Positions 1 to 12,640 of a stretch of 64,000 nt of DNA are shown piece after piece (position 1 is the first letter of the stretch; every line of letters starts with the position of its first letter). Source of the stretch: Callorhinchus milii (taxonomy: Eukaryota); contig NW_024704805.1 of NCBI RefSeq assembly GCF_018977255.1, positions 248,001 to 312,000 on the forward strand. Direction: 5' to 3'. The notes under the pieces are model-generated. The model did not search any database and was not told where the DNA came from. It saw only the letters and a list, made by a program, of their open reading frames with translations. The position numbers were made by a program, and so were the translations under genes.

Positions 1-127
1 CACGTCCCACGCCCGACCTGTCCTACAATCGGCGGCTGGGTATTCATACTTTCTGCCCCTAACCTACAGATCTCCATCCCAATGCCCTTCGCCTCTCTCC
101 CGCCCTTGTCTACTTCAAGGCGCGTCT

Positions 128-456
128 TAATAATAATAATAATAATCCTTGCATTTGATATAGCGCTTTTCACGTCGGGAGGACGTCCCAAAGCGCTTCA
201 CAGAACACACTGTAAAGTGAATTGACTGTATATTTGTTGGCGAACGCGGCAGCCAATTGCGCACAGCAATGTGCCACAAACAGTCGTAGATTGAAAATGA
301 CCAATTTAATTATTGTTTTTTTTTTTTGGAGGGATTATTATTAGGCTCTGTGTGGAGTAAGGAAACTTGCCCAAGGTTTCGCCCTCTGCCTGGAATTGAA
401 CTCAGGTCTCACACTTGCAAAGCGAGTGCTCTAACCACTGAGCTACAGGACTCCAC
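128..456 (-). mobile_element. tRNA-derived SINE, near full length (young subfamily)
   Basis: Reverse complement gives a tRNA-like head with A and B boxes (GTCCTGTAGCTCAGTGGTTAGAGCACTCGC...GAGTTCAATTCC), a central body, and a tail ending AAAGCGCTATATCAAATGCAAGG(ATT)n. Near-identical copies at 20241-20555, 57309-57627 and 61131-61447. Confidence 0.85.
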
Positions 457-2457
457 TTCACTTAAATCCCTTCACTTCGAACGAGCTTTCAAGCACACTG
501 ATACCCTTACTCTCCGCCACCCTCTTTGATCCAGAACTCCAGCTCGAGTAGAAATACTTGTCTGTCCAGCGCTTTTGGACGTCCTCCAGACCTGAATAAT
601 AACAATCTTTTCCGTTTGACAGACCGACTTTTCACGTTTTCGAGACGTCTCGAAGCGTTTCACAGAATAAACACTCAAGTGTAGTGACTGATTTTTTTGT
701 GAGCGAAACAATGGACGGAAATATGCGCAGTAGTGTCCCACATACGGGCGTGGGTTGTTTTAGTCCAGTATAATTTTTTGTCCTGTTGACTTATTTTTTT
801 CCATGATGGATTATTATCTGGCTTGTGTTTATGTGTGTGGAGTAAAGAAACTTGGCCAAGGATTCGCCTTCCCGCCCGTGAAGCGAACCCAGATCTCTCG
901 CTTGCGAGTGGAATGTTTTAACCAGTGAGCTACAGACACCTCTTGGGTGTAAGGCGCCATACAAATGTAATTTTTCCTGTGTTGCAATACTTGTGATAAG
1001 CCCGTTGCTGAACGATATCGCTTACCCCATGTAGTTGCAAAGCAGACTTCGATATTTTCCGCTCGATTTCACCACAGATCCACGATTGAATTCATACGGT
1101 TCAGAACCAAAAGTCATTTGCAATCAATCCATGGCTACTCGGAATATTTTTCTATTTGCATATACCTTGGGTAACATGATGAAACTATCCCTTTAATGGG
1201 ACTGCCGTTTGATTATCTCTTTTGAAATGGTATGAAAACGTGAATAGGGTTCCAAAAGAAACCCATTCCCGAGTGATATGATTCGACGTGTGCAGAGTAA
1301 GAGGTGCTGTTGTTCGTTCCTTTCGCTTTTTCCTGTCTTTTCTATTGATTATTTGCTAGCATGAAAGTGAAGGAGTAGCACGACGTTCTGATTTGGTGCC
1401 AAGATGCCTAAATAACAACAACAACAACAATAAAAATGTGTTAATAACAATGATAATGTTATCAATAGTAGATGTAGTAATTATAATGACAATAGTAATA
1501 ATAAAAGCATTAACAGCAACATTAATATGAATAATAATAACAGTAATAATAATAATGAACCTTGCATTTGTTACAGCGTCTTTTCACGTCTTTGAGAAGT
1601 CTCAACGCGTTTCACTTGATCCACTGTGAAGTAAGTTAACTGTATATTTAGTGGTGTTGGGGACGGAAATATAATAATAATAATAATCCTTGCATTTGAA
1701 ACAGCGCCATATCTCGACTTTAAGGTTTATTCATAAGATACACTTTAAAGTAACTTTACTGCATATGTTGTTTGTCAAATGCCTGGCAATAGATTGTGGG
1801 AATCGTGTCAGGCCTCTTGGGCGGTCTCTCGCCCACTTCCTGAACGATGCCGTTCCGCAGTATTCCAAGGAATTGCTCATGAGTACACAGTCACATGAGA
1901 AGCACAGGACAGGACATACCAGTCACAGGAGGCAGGGAATCCTATCTCAAAACTACTGTTCTCCCTGCAAGCGAAAGATCTAATGGGTAGGATATTCATA
2001 CCTGGACAAGCAGGGTGAAAGCTTGCCAGACATCGATCTCAATGCCAATCAATGCGGTTTTAGCTGGGTAGATTCCAGCAGATACCCCAACGCACATGAT
2101 GAGCTAACCCAAGCCTTGGCTCTTGCCAACTTGCGCCGGAAACTCTGGTGAATTAATGAATCGGTTATCAGGATGCATTCCTCCAGGGAGAGAGAGGGAG
2201 TGCCCATTCCCATTCCAACAATCTATCCCTGATATTTCCACTTGTAGGTGGGATAGATGGAAGTGTCTGATTGGTTTATAGACTGTTAAGCATGGCGATG
2301 GGTTTCTTCACGTGTCGGACACCGGGTAGGTCAAACACAGTGAAGCAAATACATATCAGATATCGAAAGAGTGATGGGAGATTGATATCAACAACGATCT
2401 GTGTGGGTTATCATCAGCGTTTTTCACACACATAACCGCAAAGACTGAAGGGCAGCA

Positions 2458-3327
2458 ATGAGGCTGTTTGCTGTCTGCCTTGTGCTGGGAACGTTTATGA
2501 CAGGTAAGGTTGTGGAGAGCAAATTCAGTGTTGCATCTGATTGTTAGCTCCATTTCTACAACACCTGGTGGAGAGAAGCCTGTAGCTCATTATTTAGAGC
2601 ATTGGCTTCATTGCATGACAATTAGAGGTCGATTCCCAGGCGAAATCTTAGGTAAGTTTCCTTGCTCCACACGACTCTTTTTGCCTAGCAGTCAGTAGGA
2701 ACATGTTTGATATATAACCTCCGTTTGAACAAAAGAAGTAATAATTCCTTCCAAATAATAATGTATTCAATTCAACATGTGGTCCTTCAATTAATTTCCC
2801 ATGGATAAGAAACCATTAAAACAATCAAATAAATTCATAATTAGGTAACTCATTGCAAGAGTGAATGCAAGAGACACCTATGCGCATATGGCTGCCTTAT
2901 TTTGCCCCAAAAATGACTAATAGCGCCATTCCCATGGGTAGGACGCCCTAATGCGCTGAATAAATTCAGTAAACGTTTGAACAGTATATTGCCGTGTTCG
3001 TCCATGTTTATTACAGATGTCTGTGGGGGGGACTCTGTGACTCAGAAACATGGTGGTTAAGAAAGAAGGAGAAACTGTGACTGTCGAAATTACCTATCCA
3101 ACTACCGGAGGCCCATATTATCTGTTCTGGTACCGACATTACCCATACAAACAGCCAGAGTTTATTGTTCGGAGATATTCTTCTGGGAGCGACAGTCCAT
3201 TCAAAGGAAAAGGATTTGAAAATCGTTTCAATGCTCAATTACAGAACTCCAAATATATGACCAGTTTATCCATCTCTGTGCTGGTGGCGTCTGACAGCGC
3301 TGTGTACTTCTCTGCATTTAGCCTCAC
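2458..3327 (+). pseudogene. TCR alpha/delta V pseudogene (MRLFAV-leader family)
   Basis: Leader 2458-2503 (MRLFAVCLVLGTFMT, GT donor); V exon 3017-3327. A 5-nt deletion in FR1 relative to the 10364 paralog gives an early TAA, and the second Cys is Ser (YFSAF). RSS: CACAGTG 3328-3334, 23 bp, ACATAAACT 3358-3366. Confidence 0.9.
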
Positions 3328-4049
3328 CACAGTGAAAGACTGCACTGCAAGTGTCGTACATAAACTGCCTTCACTTTGTACAAAGGGAACATCCGCGTCT
3401 CTTTCTCCAGCAGTAAGTAGGAGCACGAGTGTTAACCGATTGGCAGGTTGCTTTTCCGGGAAATAATCTGAAAATAAGCAAATCATGTGGTCACTCAATC
3501 AAATGTACTGCTGGGCGTAAAATTCTAACAAGTTTCGGCCACAAAACGGACATTAAATTCAGTCGACAGTGCATTCTGTGAAACGCTTCGAGAGTTGTCG
3601 AAAACGTTGTAAGACGATATATCAAATATAGTTATGGTTATTTTGAATACTCATATTCCATGGTTTATTCTGTGTTACTTTTTTTCAATTTTGTTATGGT
3701 TTTCCCCACCGTGGAGTCCTGTATCATATTAATTAGAGCCCACGACTTACAGGCGAGAGGACCTGGATCCGATACACAGGCTGGATCGGGGAAGACGAAA
3801 CCAAAGGAAGTTTTCTGACTCCACACCCACGCCTCTGATACACTCGGGTAAGTTAGAAACTGGATGTCAGTGACTAGGTGGATCGATTATCCTGCGGTAA
3901 TATTTCCCCCAAAAAATCTTTAAAACATGTCTTCTTTCGATCCAAGACCATTAGTGGGTCACTGCTGTGCGCAGTTCGTTGTGCAGCATATTAGGTTAAG
4001 CACTTTGAGATGTTTCGACGACGTGATCAGGCGCTGTCCCAAAGAGGAT

Positions 4050-4490
4050 CGACTTCAAGTTCGTGACACTTTTCTGTAAATCGCTCGACTCCTCTGCACA
4101 CCACCCCCCACCCCACCCCCCCAACCCCACCACCCCGACTTCTCTGACCTCCTCTTTCCTCACAACAGCGCCCGTTGCCTTCGCTTCACCGGGTATGGCC
4201 TCCTCCTTGTCCCGCGAGTCCTCCTCTCAAACGTCGGCGGCTGTGCCTTCCACCACTACGCCCCGAGGCTCTGGAACACCCTTCCTCTCTCCCTTCGCAC
4301 CGTTCCCTCTCTTCCCACTTGCAGGTCGCCGCTGAAGACCTTTCTTGTCGACCGCTCCTTTTTGTTCACCTTCCTCCACCTCCCCGTGGCTCGTCCCCGG
4401 GATCCGTGACTTTGATGCGGTCTAAGACGCTGTCCGGCCTGGAGGGCGCTATACATACCCAAATTGTGGTTGTTATTGTTGTTGTGTGAA
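4050..4490 (+). mobile_element. L2-like LINE 3' fragment
   Basis: Pyrimidine/C-rich 3' region ending GGCGCTATACATA...(TTG)n, similar to the clearer L2 copy at 53.5-54.15 kb. Confidence 0.5.
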
Positions 4491-4914
4491 ATGCGGTTAT
4501 CATTATTACTTTGACTGTTGTCGTTTTGTGTTGAATAGTGTTATGTGGGCAAACAGAACAGCCGAAATGTGCCACAAACAGGAGAGATAACAAGCCTCGT
4601 TGTCCAGGTTATTGTAACCGTGCGACCTCGAGTGGACTCGGGTTCTGCGGGGCGGGGACTGTGTTTGCGGGGCAGTGACTGCGTCTGCCGGGTTCTGCGT
4701 GTGCGGTGCACTGTGTTGTCCGGGGACTGACTGATTGAGGGGGGACAATCTTTGGGCCGGACATTGACCGGTTCGGCTGGGCTCTGTTTGTGCGCGGCAG
4801 TGACTGGTCGGCTCCTGTGCCGAAGCCCCACATAGATAGGCATCAATCCAGATATGATGAACATTTCCAATAAACAGCCAAATGTTTGGAGTTAATGTCA
4901 GACTCGGGATCAGG

Positions 4915-5724
4915 ATGCTCATGTGGGAGACATGGGCTTTTTTTTCAATGACCCTCAGCTTACCTTTCCGTTTCAAAATATTTTGTCATATGTTTTTCAT
5001 AATATAATAATAATGACCCACGCATTTGATATAACAGCATATCATGTCTTTGAGATGTTTCAAAACGCTTCAGTGCATATTTTTATCAAGCGAATTGGTT
5101 TTCCATTTTGCTGGAGTAACGTGACAGCCAATTTACACAACAGGGTCCCACAAACAGTCGAAGGATAGAGGGACCAATACATATGGCCATTCACTGTTAT
5201 CTTTGAAGTGATTTACCCCTGGTAGATTATCGATTAATCGACTAACCATCTGGATTCTACTTTCTGCTAAGTAAACAGAGGCGTGAGGGTAAAGGAGATC
5301 CGCCTGAGGTTTCGCTCTGCCCGTGGCCACTCGTTTGCGAAGCGCGTACTTTATCGAATACCAACAGTAATCCACACAAGATAAACTTATCCCAGTAGAT
5401 AAGTGTTCATTTTAATCAGAGGAATCAGCCTGGAAGATCCTGCGAAACAATCGACTGCTGAAATATACGCTGAAGAGCGAGAAGGTGTGAAACTATCCTA
5501 CAGATTCAAGACATTGAGTGATGCCTATAATCTCTATGGGTACAGAGATGCTTCCAGGAACACTCCTGTTTACATTCTTCTCTCTGTTGGAGGAAAGGAT
5601 GAAAGGAATCCTAACTTCCCGTATCGATTTTCCTCCACTGTCCAACAAACGAGTGAAGACATTGAACTGAGAATTTTCATGTCCTGATCAATAACAATGC
5701 CGGGCATTACTGCGCCATGGATCC
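4915..5724 (+). pseudogene. TCR V pseudogene (MLMWET-leader family)
   Basis: Leader 4915-4969 with weak donor GTTTCA; V exon about 5422-5724 (GISLEDPAKQS...). First Cys is Tyr, FR2 Trp is Gly, and FR3 is frameshifted. RSS: CACACTG 5725-5731, 23 bp, degenerate nonamer ACTAGTTGT. Confidence 0.8.
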
Positions 5725-6791
5725 CACACTGCTGCCGTGCTATGGCAGCTCTGTACTAGTTGTTTTGCCAATACAATATGAGAGGGCGACTTTGCTTCAA
5801 ATAAAACACTAAAAAAGCTTTTATGTAATAACAGTACAGCTTGAAATTGATGAAGCGCATTATCTCTTCTTCGATGCATTGTAAAATTCTTCACAGAATA
5901 TGCAGCAAAGTGAACTGACTGTTTTTTTTTGTGGTAGAAGTATGGCATCCAACTGCGCACAGCACTCTCCAGGAACAGTCGTTCTTTACTAACCGATTTA
6001 TTGTTGATCATGAAGGAATGTTACCCGTGAAATCGAACTCAAGTCCTCTCGCTTCAGATACGGGTACTACTGCCGCCACATTACACAACAGTGCAGTCAA
6101 TTCCCATTGCAAAGTATTCTGTGAAACGCTTTCAGCCGTCACGAAGATTTATTAAGGTGATATCTCAACTGCAATGATTACTATTACTTATTTTTGACCT
6201 CCGGTGCAATTGGCCGCCAAGCTTTTTTCCACGAATCATTCAGTGACTGCAGTTTACAGAATTTCATGTGAAGTGCTTTGAGAAGACTCCGAGACGTGAC
6301 AAGGCACGGTATCAAATGTAAGCTTTATACTGTTTGTTTCAGTCTGGTTTGCGAATGTGTCAGACACAGAGTTTATAAAAAATAAATTTTAACATATGAA
6401 ACATGAAGAAAATACACCTTATAATATAATAACTTGAAATATGCTGGAAAACTTGTATTTTGTACCCAATTTTCTGTAATACAGATGCATAGAGCAGAAA
6501 ATAGGAAGGAAACTTGCAACTATCTGGGGCAGAGAAATCTCAGTAACTGCTGACATCACCTGGCTCTTCCGTATCGCTTTGAACCCTCTCAATATCTCGC
6601 TTCCTCTCGTTACCAAATTGACACCTGACCCAGGGGATGTGAAGCCAACACACATTAGGCCACAGTCTAACCACCTGCACACACTCAGGGGCTTCCACTG
6701 AATACCTCGTCCAACCTTCTTTGACACGTAAAACAATACCAATCGTTGTCATTTGATACAGCGCCTTATCTCGATTCTGACACGGATCAGG

Positions 6792-7583
6792 ATGCTCATG
6801 TGGGAGACGTGCGCTGTGCTCTCAATAACTCTCATCTTACTTTGCCGTACGTTACTTTTTATGCCTTTTTCGTTGTTAAATAACTTATGTTATGTTTTGC
6901 AAAAATATAGTAATATCTATGCATTTGATATCAAAATAATATTCATGCATTTGATACAATTTCGATAATAGTATTAAACCGTGCCTTTGATATAACGCCT
7001 TTTGATGTATTTGAGACGTCTCGAAGTGCTTCACGTTATACTCTGTAAAATGAACAGAATATGTATGTTGTGGGTCAAACATGGCAGCCAATTGGCACAG
7101 CAGTTCCCTGCAAGCAGTCAAAGGATAGAGTGACCAATATGTATTAGTATTCACTTTTCTTGTTGAACAGATTATTATCGCTAGTAAATTCATGCAACTG
7201 TCGACTGACATGTTGAGTAAGGAAAGTTGCCTAAGTTGCCTAAGCTATATCAAATGCAAGGATTATTATTATTTACGAACCGCTTGGTTCCTCTCGCATG
7301 CGAGTCGAGTGCTTTAACCAATACCCGAAAGGATTCCGCAAACGGAAACTTATCCCACTACAAATGTGTTGATTTTTATCACAGGAATCAGCCTGCAAGA
7401 CCCTGGGAAACAATCGATTGATGAAATATTGGCTCAAGAAGGAGAAGCTGTCAAAATATACTGCAGTTTAAAGAAAATCAGTGATGCCTCCTATGTCTAC
7501 TGGTACAGAAAAGCTTCCAGGAACGCTCCTGTCTACATACTTCGTTCTTTTAGAGGAAAGGATAAGAAGAATCCTGACTTTCG
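6792..7583 (+). pseudogene. 3'-truncated TCR V pseudogene (MLMWET-leader family)
   Basis: Leader 6792-6846 (MLMWETCAVLSITLILLC); V exon from 7385 (GISLQDPGKQ...KIYC...YWYRKASRNAPVYIL...NPDF). Homology to the 5422 paralog stops at about 7583 and LINE-like sequence follows; no second Cys or RSS. Confidence 0.85.
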
Positions 7584-7584
7584 T

Positions 7585-7990
7585 GAAGGGTGCAGGGCAG
7601 ATGGGGACGCAGAGTGATCGAAAGCACTGTGGAGAGGGTGGTCTAGATATTGGTCTTGAAGGACGCAAAAGGTAGGCCGAGGTGGCGGGACTACGGGATG
7701 CAGTTCGAGAGTTTGGGGGCAGATTACCAATTCAAGATGGTCACCCTAACCACTCAATCACTTTAGGTTGTTGCCCCTTCCTACATCTGAGTTATCCTGG
7801 AAAACTGCAAATCTCATCCATATTTTATGACCAAGCCTGTGACCAAACTGAATTGGTTCGAAAGAGACACATTGCCCCCTTCCCCTCACCCCCAGAGGAT
7901 AAACTGTGACACTTTAACTTCCCTCCCACAATGACCAGGAGGTGTTCACATCACACGATTAGGAAGTGAGGTCATGGCGATCAAGTGGCA
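7585..7990. mobile_element. L2-like LINE fragments of mixed orientation; paralogous copy at about 37680-38130
   Basis: Shared sequence with 37.7-38.1 kb (CCCCCAGA...AAACTGTGA...TTTAACTTCCCTCC) and resemblance to the L2 copy at 53.5 kb. Confidence 0.55.
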
Positions 7991-8064
7991 CGTATCTCAG
8001 TGCTGTACGTCCCAGACCTAACCCAATATCTTACCAACAAAAGAGCTCAGCTGGGGAGTGATTG

Positions 8065-8915
8065 ATGGACATCGCAGAAGCGTGTGTGTTTCTGACTCTG
8101 GCTGCCATTTCAATAGGTAATTCGTTGCAACAATAGTAAACGCTTCAATTATTTTCCATGATGACTTTTATTGAATCGGTTTCTCTTTTATCCTCAATAT
8201 GTTAAGCATTATAATATTATTCCTTGCATTTGATGTAACGATTCAATTTGACATTGATACGGCTCGAAGCACTTCACATAATATACTGCAAAGTGCAGTG
8301 AGTGTGTATCTTGTGTGGGAAACGCAGCGGCCAATAGTTTACAGCCCTCTTTCACAAACAGACGTACATTGACTGACCACATTGTTATTGTTATTAATTT
8401 GAAGGGATTAGTATCCCCAGAAAGCGATCTGCTATCGGACAAACAACAATGCTTCTCCTCACAGTTGGCTAAACTTTGATATATGCATCAAGTAAACTTG
8501 CCTTAGATTTTCACCTGTCCACTCCGGGAATCGACCCCGAGGCCCCTCAATTGCGAGGCGAGCGCTCTAACGATTCAGCTATATAATTCCATGTTCTGGT
8601 CTTTCAGGCCTGACCCAAGGAGATTCTGTGACACAGAAAGTGGCTTCAGTGACTGGGACAGAAGGAGGAAGTGTGATCATGGAATGTTATTATGATACGT
8701 CTCTAAGCAACTACTATTTAAGCTGGTATCGAGAACAGCAAGAAAGACAACCACAGTATGTGCTTAAGAAGTATTCCAATGGTAACACATATAAAGCAGA
8801 CTTTGCTGAGAAGCGATTCTCTATTGAGCTCCAAACATCGACAAAATTCTGTAGTTTAACCATCTCCCTTTTGGAGCTGTCTGACAGCGCTGTGTATTAC
8901 TGTGCTCTTGAACCA
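8065..8915 (+). CDS. TCR alpha/delta V gene segment, apparently functional (leader 8065-8116, V exon 8608-8915)
   Basis: MDIAEACVFLTLAAISI + GLTQGDSVTQKVAS...MEC...LSWYREQQ...DSAVYYCALEP, with phase-1 GT/AG splice sites. RSS: CACAGTG 8916-8922, 23 bp, ACAAAAACT 8946-8954. Confidence 0.95.
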
Positions 8916-9719
8916 CACAGTGATGGGCACCAGTCAGAGTCTCGTACAAAAACTAGCAGCGTTTAGTGGGTTTGTGCTTCTGTCTCTCTCGGCCGCAGCA
9001 GCGATTTCCTGTGGGAAGGGAAACGAGACAAAACACAAAGAGAACATCACATTCACAGCTCATCCGACTTTCACGCAAACAACTCAATGATCCCATGATC
9101 TCAACTGATCATGCAGTAACCGTGGTTAGAGCACAGGCCTCGAAAGCGAGAGACCTGGTTTGGATTCCCCTTAGGGCGAAATCTTTGCAAGTTTCCTTAT
9201 TGTACATACCTATGTTTAGCTTGCAGTATGTTGGAACCTGATTGGCTGATTGCTTTTCCGCCGATAGCAATTCCTTCAAAATAATAACTATGATAATAAT
9301 GCATAATTTGGTCACTCAGTCCACGAATCTTTATGAACCACATTTGTGTGCAACTGGCTGCCGAGTTTGGCGCACAGAATACACAGTCACTACACAATAT
9401 TGTGCATTCTATGAGGAGCTTTGAGGCGTGATTTTATAAGTTGCTAAAGCAAACGGAAGATTAATCATAATATTTATATTATGATCATCCTTACCGTTAA
9501 TGCTATGCCTTGCACGATTAAGAGAAGCTGAGTGAGAGGAAACCTTGTCAACAGTGACTGGTGAACGCCGCTGTATAAAAGCCATTGTTTGTTGTATTGA
9601 GACGCGGCTGAGATGCTAATGAGGTGACCTGAGACTTTGGCTCCGCCAATGACGCCAATCACTGCGGGTTATCAGCAAAGTGATGGCACAGACACAACCA
9701 CACAGACTGAGGAGCAGCA

Positions 9720-10676
9720 ATGAGGCTGTTTGCTGTCTGTCTTGTGCTGGGAACCTTTATGTCAGGTGAGGTCGTGTTGAGCTAATTGAGCAGTGTTGGT
9801 GCTGATGGTCAGCTTCATTACAACAACAACTGGTGGAAGAAAATCTGTAGATCAGTTGCTAGAGGCCTCGCGACCCAAGCGAGAGGGCCTGGGTTCGATT
9901 CCCAGGTAGAGGGAACCCTTCGTCAAATTTATTTAGTCCACCATCACACTCACGCCTCTGTTTACCTAGCAATATGTAGGAAACCCTTTGCTTTATAATC
10001 CAAGTGTTATACCCCTTCAAAATAATAACAATTTCAAACGTTTTCAGTGAATTGGCGGATCTCTTTTCCATCGGCTGTAATCCATCACTTTTTAAAAAAT
10101 GTAAATTTTTTGAATCGTTCCATGATTTTTTGTGAGACAGTGCTAAGCGAAATTGGCTACCGCATTTGGCCGGAAAAAATGCACAGCAATTCACTTGATG
10201 GTGTGCTTTTTGTAACGCATTCAGACGGTTGAACGGTGTAATACGCTATATAAAATACATTGTTTATTTTTTTGTCGTTATTAACAAAGAATATGTGTAT
10301 AAAGCCTTTCCCTTCAGGCAAAATTTTTATTTAAATTTTCTTCCTCTTCCACGTTTATTACAGAAGGTTTTAATGCGGACTCTGTCACTCAGAAAGCTGC
10401 CACAATGGTTAAGAAAGAAGGAGACCATGTGATTTTACGATGCACCTATTCCACGACTGAAAGCTTTTACTATCTCTATTGGTACCGACAATCCACAGAT
10501 AAGCAGCCAGAGTTTATAGTTGAGATGCATTCCAGCAATGAAAATCCAGTCAAAGCAACAGGATTTGGAAATCGAGTCTCTGCTCAGCTACAAAAATTCA
10601 GTTCATCAACCAGTTTGTTTATCTCTGGGCTGGTGGTGTCTGACAGCGCTGTGTATTACTGTGCCTTTAGTCTCAC
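9720..10676 (+). CDS. TCR alpha/delta V gene segment, apparently functional (leader 9720-9765, V exon 10364-10676)
   Basis: MRLFAVCLVLGTFMS + EGFNADSVTQKAATMVKKEGDHVILRC...LYWYRQ...DSAVYYCAFSL. RSS: CACAGTG 10677-10683, 23 bp, ACAAAAACT 10707-10715. Confidence 0.95.
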
Positions 10677-11169
10677 CACAGTGATAGACTGCACCGCAGG
10701 TCTCGTACAAAAACTGACTTTACTTTGTACACAGAGATGTTATGTCTGTTGAGGTATGTGCGGAACCTTGGTCAGGCCTTTAGGCCCTGAGGGGGCAAAA
10801 ATGGCTGTATCCAGACTCAGCGGAAACCACATTCACCTCACATCAAGTTGTCAGCTAACCGTTCACATCATTATCTGTCACATTAAATGCAGAAAACAAT
10901 TAGTGAACTACTTAGGCGTTACAGGCCCAGTTGCTGTTGGATGACTTCAGGTTCTAAATAAAATCAAACCAAATCATGTTTCTTTTGTTTTTTTTTAATT
11001 TGCATGGAGCTGTGTGGCGGAGTGGGAACAACACACGTCTGACAAACAAGAGGACCCTGGTTCAATTCCGGGCCTTGTAAATTCTTAGGCAAGTTTCCTT
11101 ACTCCACACACAGACCGCTGTTTATCTCGCAGCGATAAAGAACCCGGGTGTAAATTGATCGGCGAATCG

Positions 11170-11640
11170 CTTTTCCGCGGGAATAATAAATCCTTCAAAA
11201 ATAGTGTTGGTCTCTCAATCCATCACTGTTCAAATGAGCGTCAAATATCCTAAGGAACGAATCGAAGCGATCAGCGATATTCTGCCTGATCCATGTGAGA
11301 GTCCTGGAAGATTTAGTATTCCAAACGTATTGAACGTAGTGTTTGTGGAGGTCGCTGAAGTTCGGTGGCAGAGACCCTGTTAGCATCTAAAGTTGGAAGA
11401 GGATCTACAACATCTTCTCAAACGTTTGTGTCCCCTTGCCTCATTCAGTGCCTGTCTGAAGACCATCCTTCTCAACCGACTCTTCAGTGATCATCACTCC
11501 TGCACCCACCATCCTCTCTCCCCTCTCTCATCCCGAGTACAAACGCCTTCAATCTCCAGCGACTAAGGACGTCCGAACAACCCGAAAGACGTTAGTTATT
11601 GCTGTTTACTGTTGTAGTTGATGTCCAAAGGCGCTTTATC
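11170..11640 (+). mobile_element. Decayed L2-like LINE 3' fragment; paralog at about 58630-59040
   Basis: Homologous to 58.6-59.0 kb; ends in the shared ...GGCGCTTTATCAAATGCAAGGATT tail. Confidence 0.5.
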
Positions 11641-11869
11641 AAATGCAAGGATTAGTATGATCCTTCCTCACAAAACTTTTATCCACAGTAGCTTTGACAT
11701 CATCTTGTGGTGGCTCTGAAATCATTGAGCATGTAAATGAGTGTTGCCCAACGCCCATATTTAGCGGCGTGACAATGTCACGGTGTAAGTGTGTCAAGGA
11801 AACGCTGCTGTGGGGTCACGGATGTGATGTTGAAACCCTTCACCGTCGACACACACATTCAATCATCAA

Positions 11870-11899
11870 NNNNNNNNNNNNNNNNNNNNNNNNNNNNNN
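11870..11899. other. Assembly gap (30 N)
   Basis: Run of N in the sequence. Confidence 1.
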
Positions 11900-12640
11900 G
11901 TGCATGCCAATTAGAACTATTAAGCAGGGGACGATTCCTTCCGGTAAGGTTCAGCGCAGGGGTTCCGGATAAATTGTTGTTTTTATTGGTTTTGAAACGA
12001 GGACTCGTTTGCTCACGCATCTCTTTCATGGTCCGTATCAAGAATTTCCTCATTAACCAGGCACTTGTTTAACTTTCCTTTTCCCACCCACTTGGCAAAC
12101 ATCCCTTCCTCGTGTCTCAATACGCTATGTTCAATTCTATGTTCAAGTATGTGAGTGTAATATATTTTTAACTTTACACAATCCCATGCACTACCCGCAG
12201 TAATTCTGCATCATATTCGCCAGATATAGATACAAGAAATCCTGACTGTCTAGCGCCCTGGAACGTCTTTCCGACATGAAGGGCACGATGCAAGTCTAAT
12301 TTGATGTTTTGTTTTTTGCTCTATTTGTTCTTCTTGTAATTCCTGTAAGATGTTTTGAATAATATTGCTCCTTTCTTACTGCATTTATTTTATGCTACGC
12401 TTAATTTTTTATGTGGTTTTATGTGTCTAGTTTTCAATTCACGATAACAAATTTAATCCGAGTATTACATACGCAACTCTCAAGTGAACACGTCATCTTG
12501 TTTGTTCATTCGTCTGGAACTAATCGTATTCATGGTGCAATATGTATTGTCACGTTCCCTATAAGTACAAATTTATTTCAATGTGATGGCAGTGTGTTCA
12601 CTGAAGTCTCTGCCTTCGGCATCAATATGTAACAGAGAGC

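Noticed and set aside
4709-4715. CACTGTG heptamer in the GC-rich island as a J or D RSS
   Set aside because: No nonamer at either spacing and no J motif or donor follows.
6419-6742. 107-aa minus-strand ORF over the repeated CRE-containing block
   Set aside because: Paralogous copies at 21.3 and 34.1 kb have stops and frame-breaking indels.
11694-11972. Cys-rich ORF with a similar ORF at 59043-59270
   Set aside because: Sits immediately upstream of a V leader in the intact copy; better explained as a duplicated promoter; no splice or start support.
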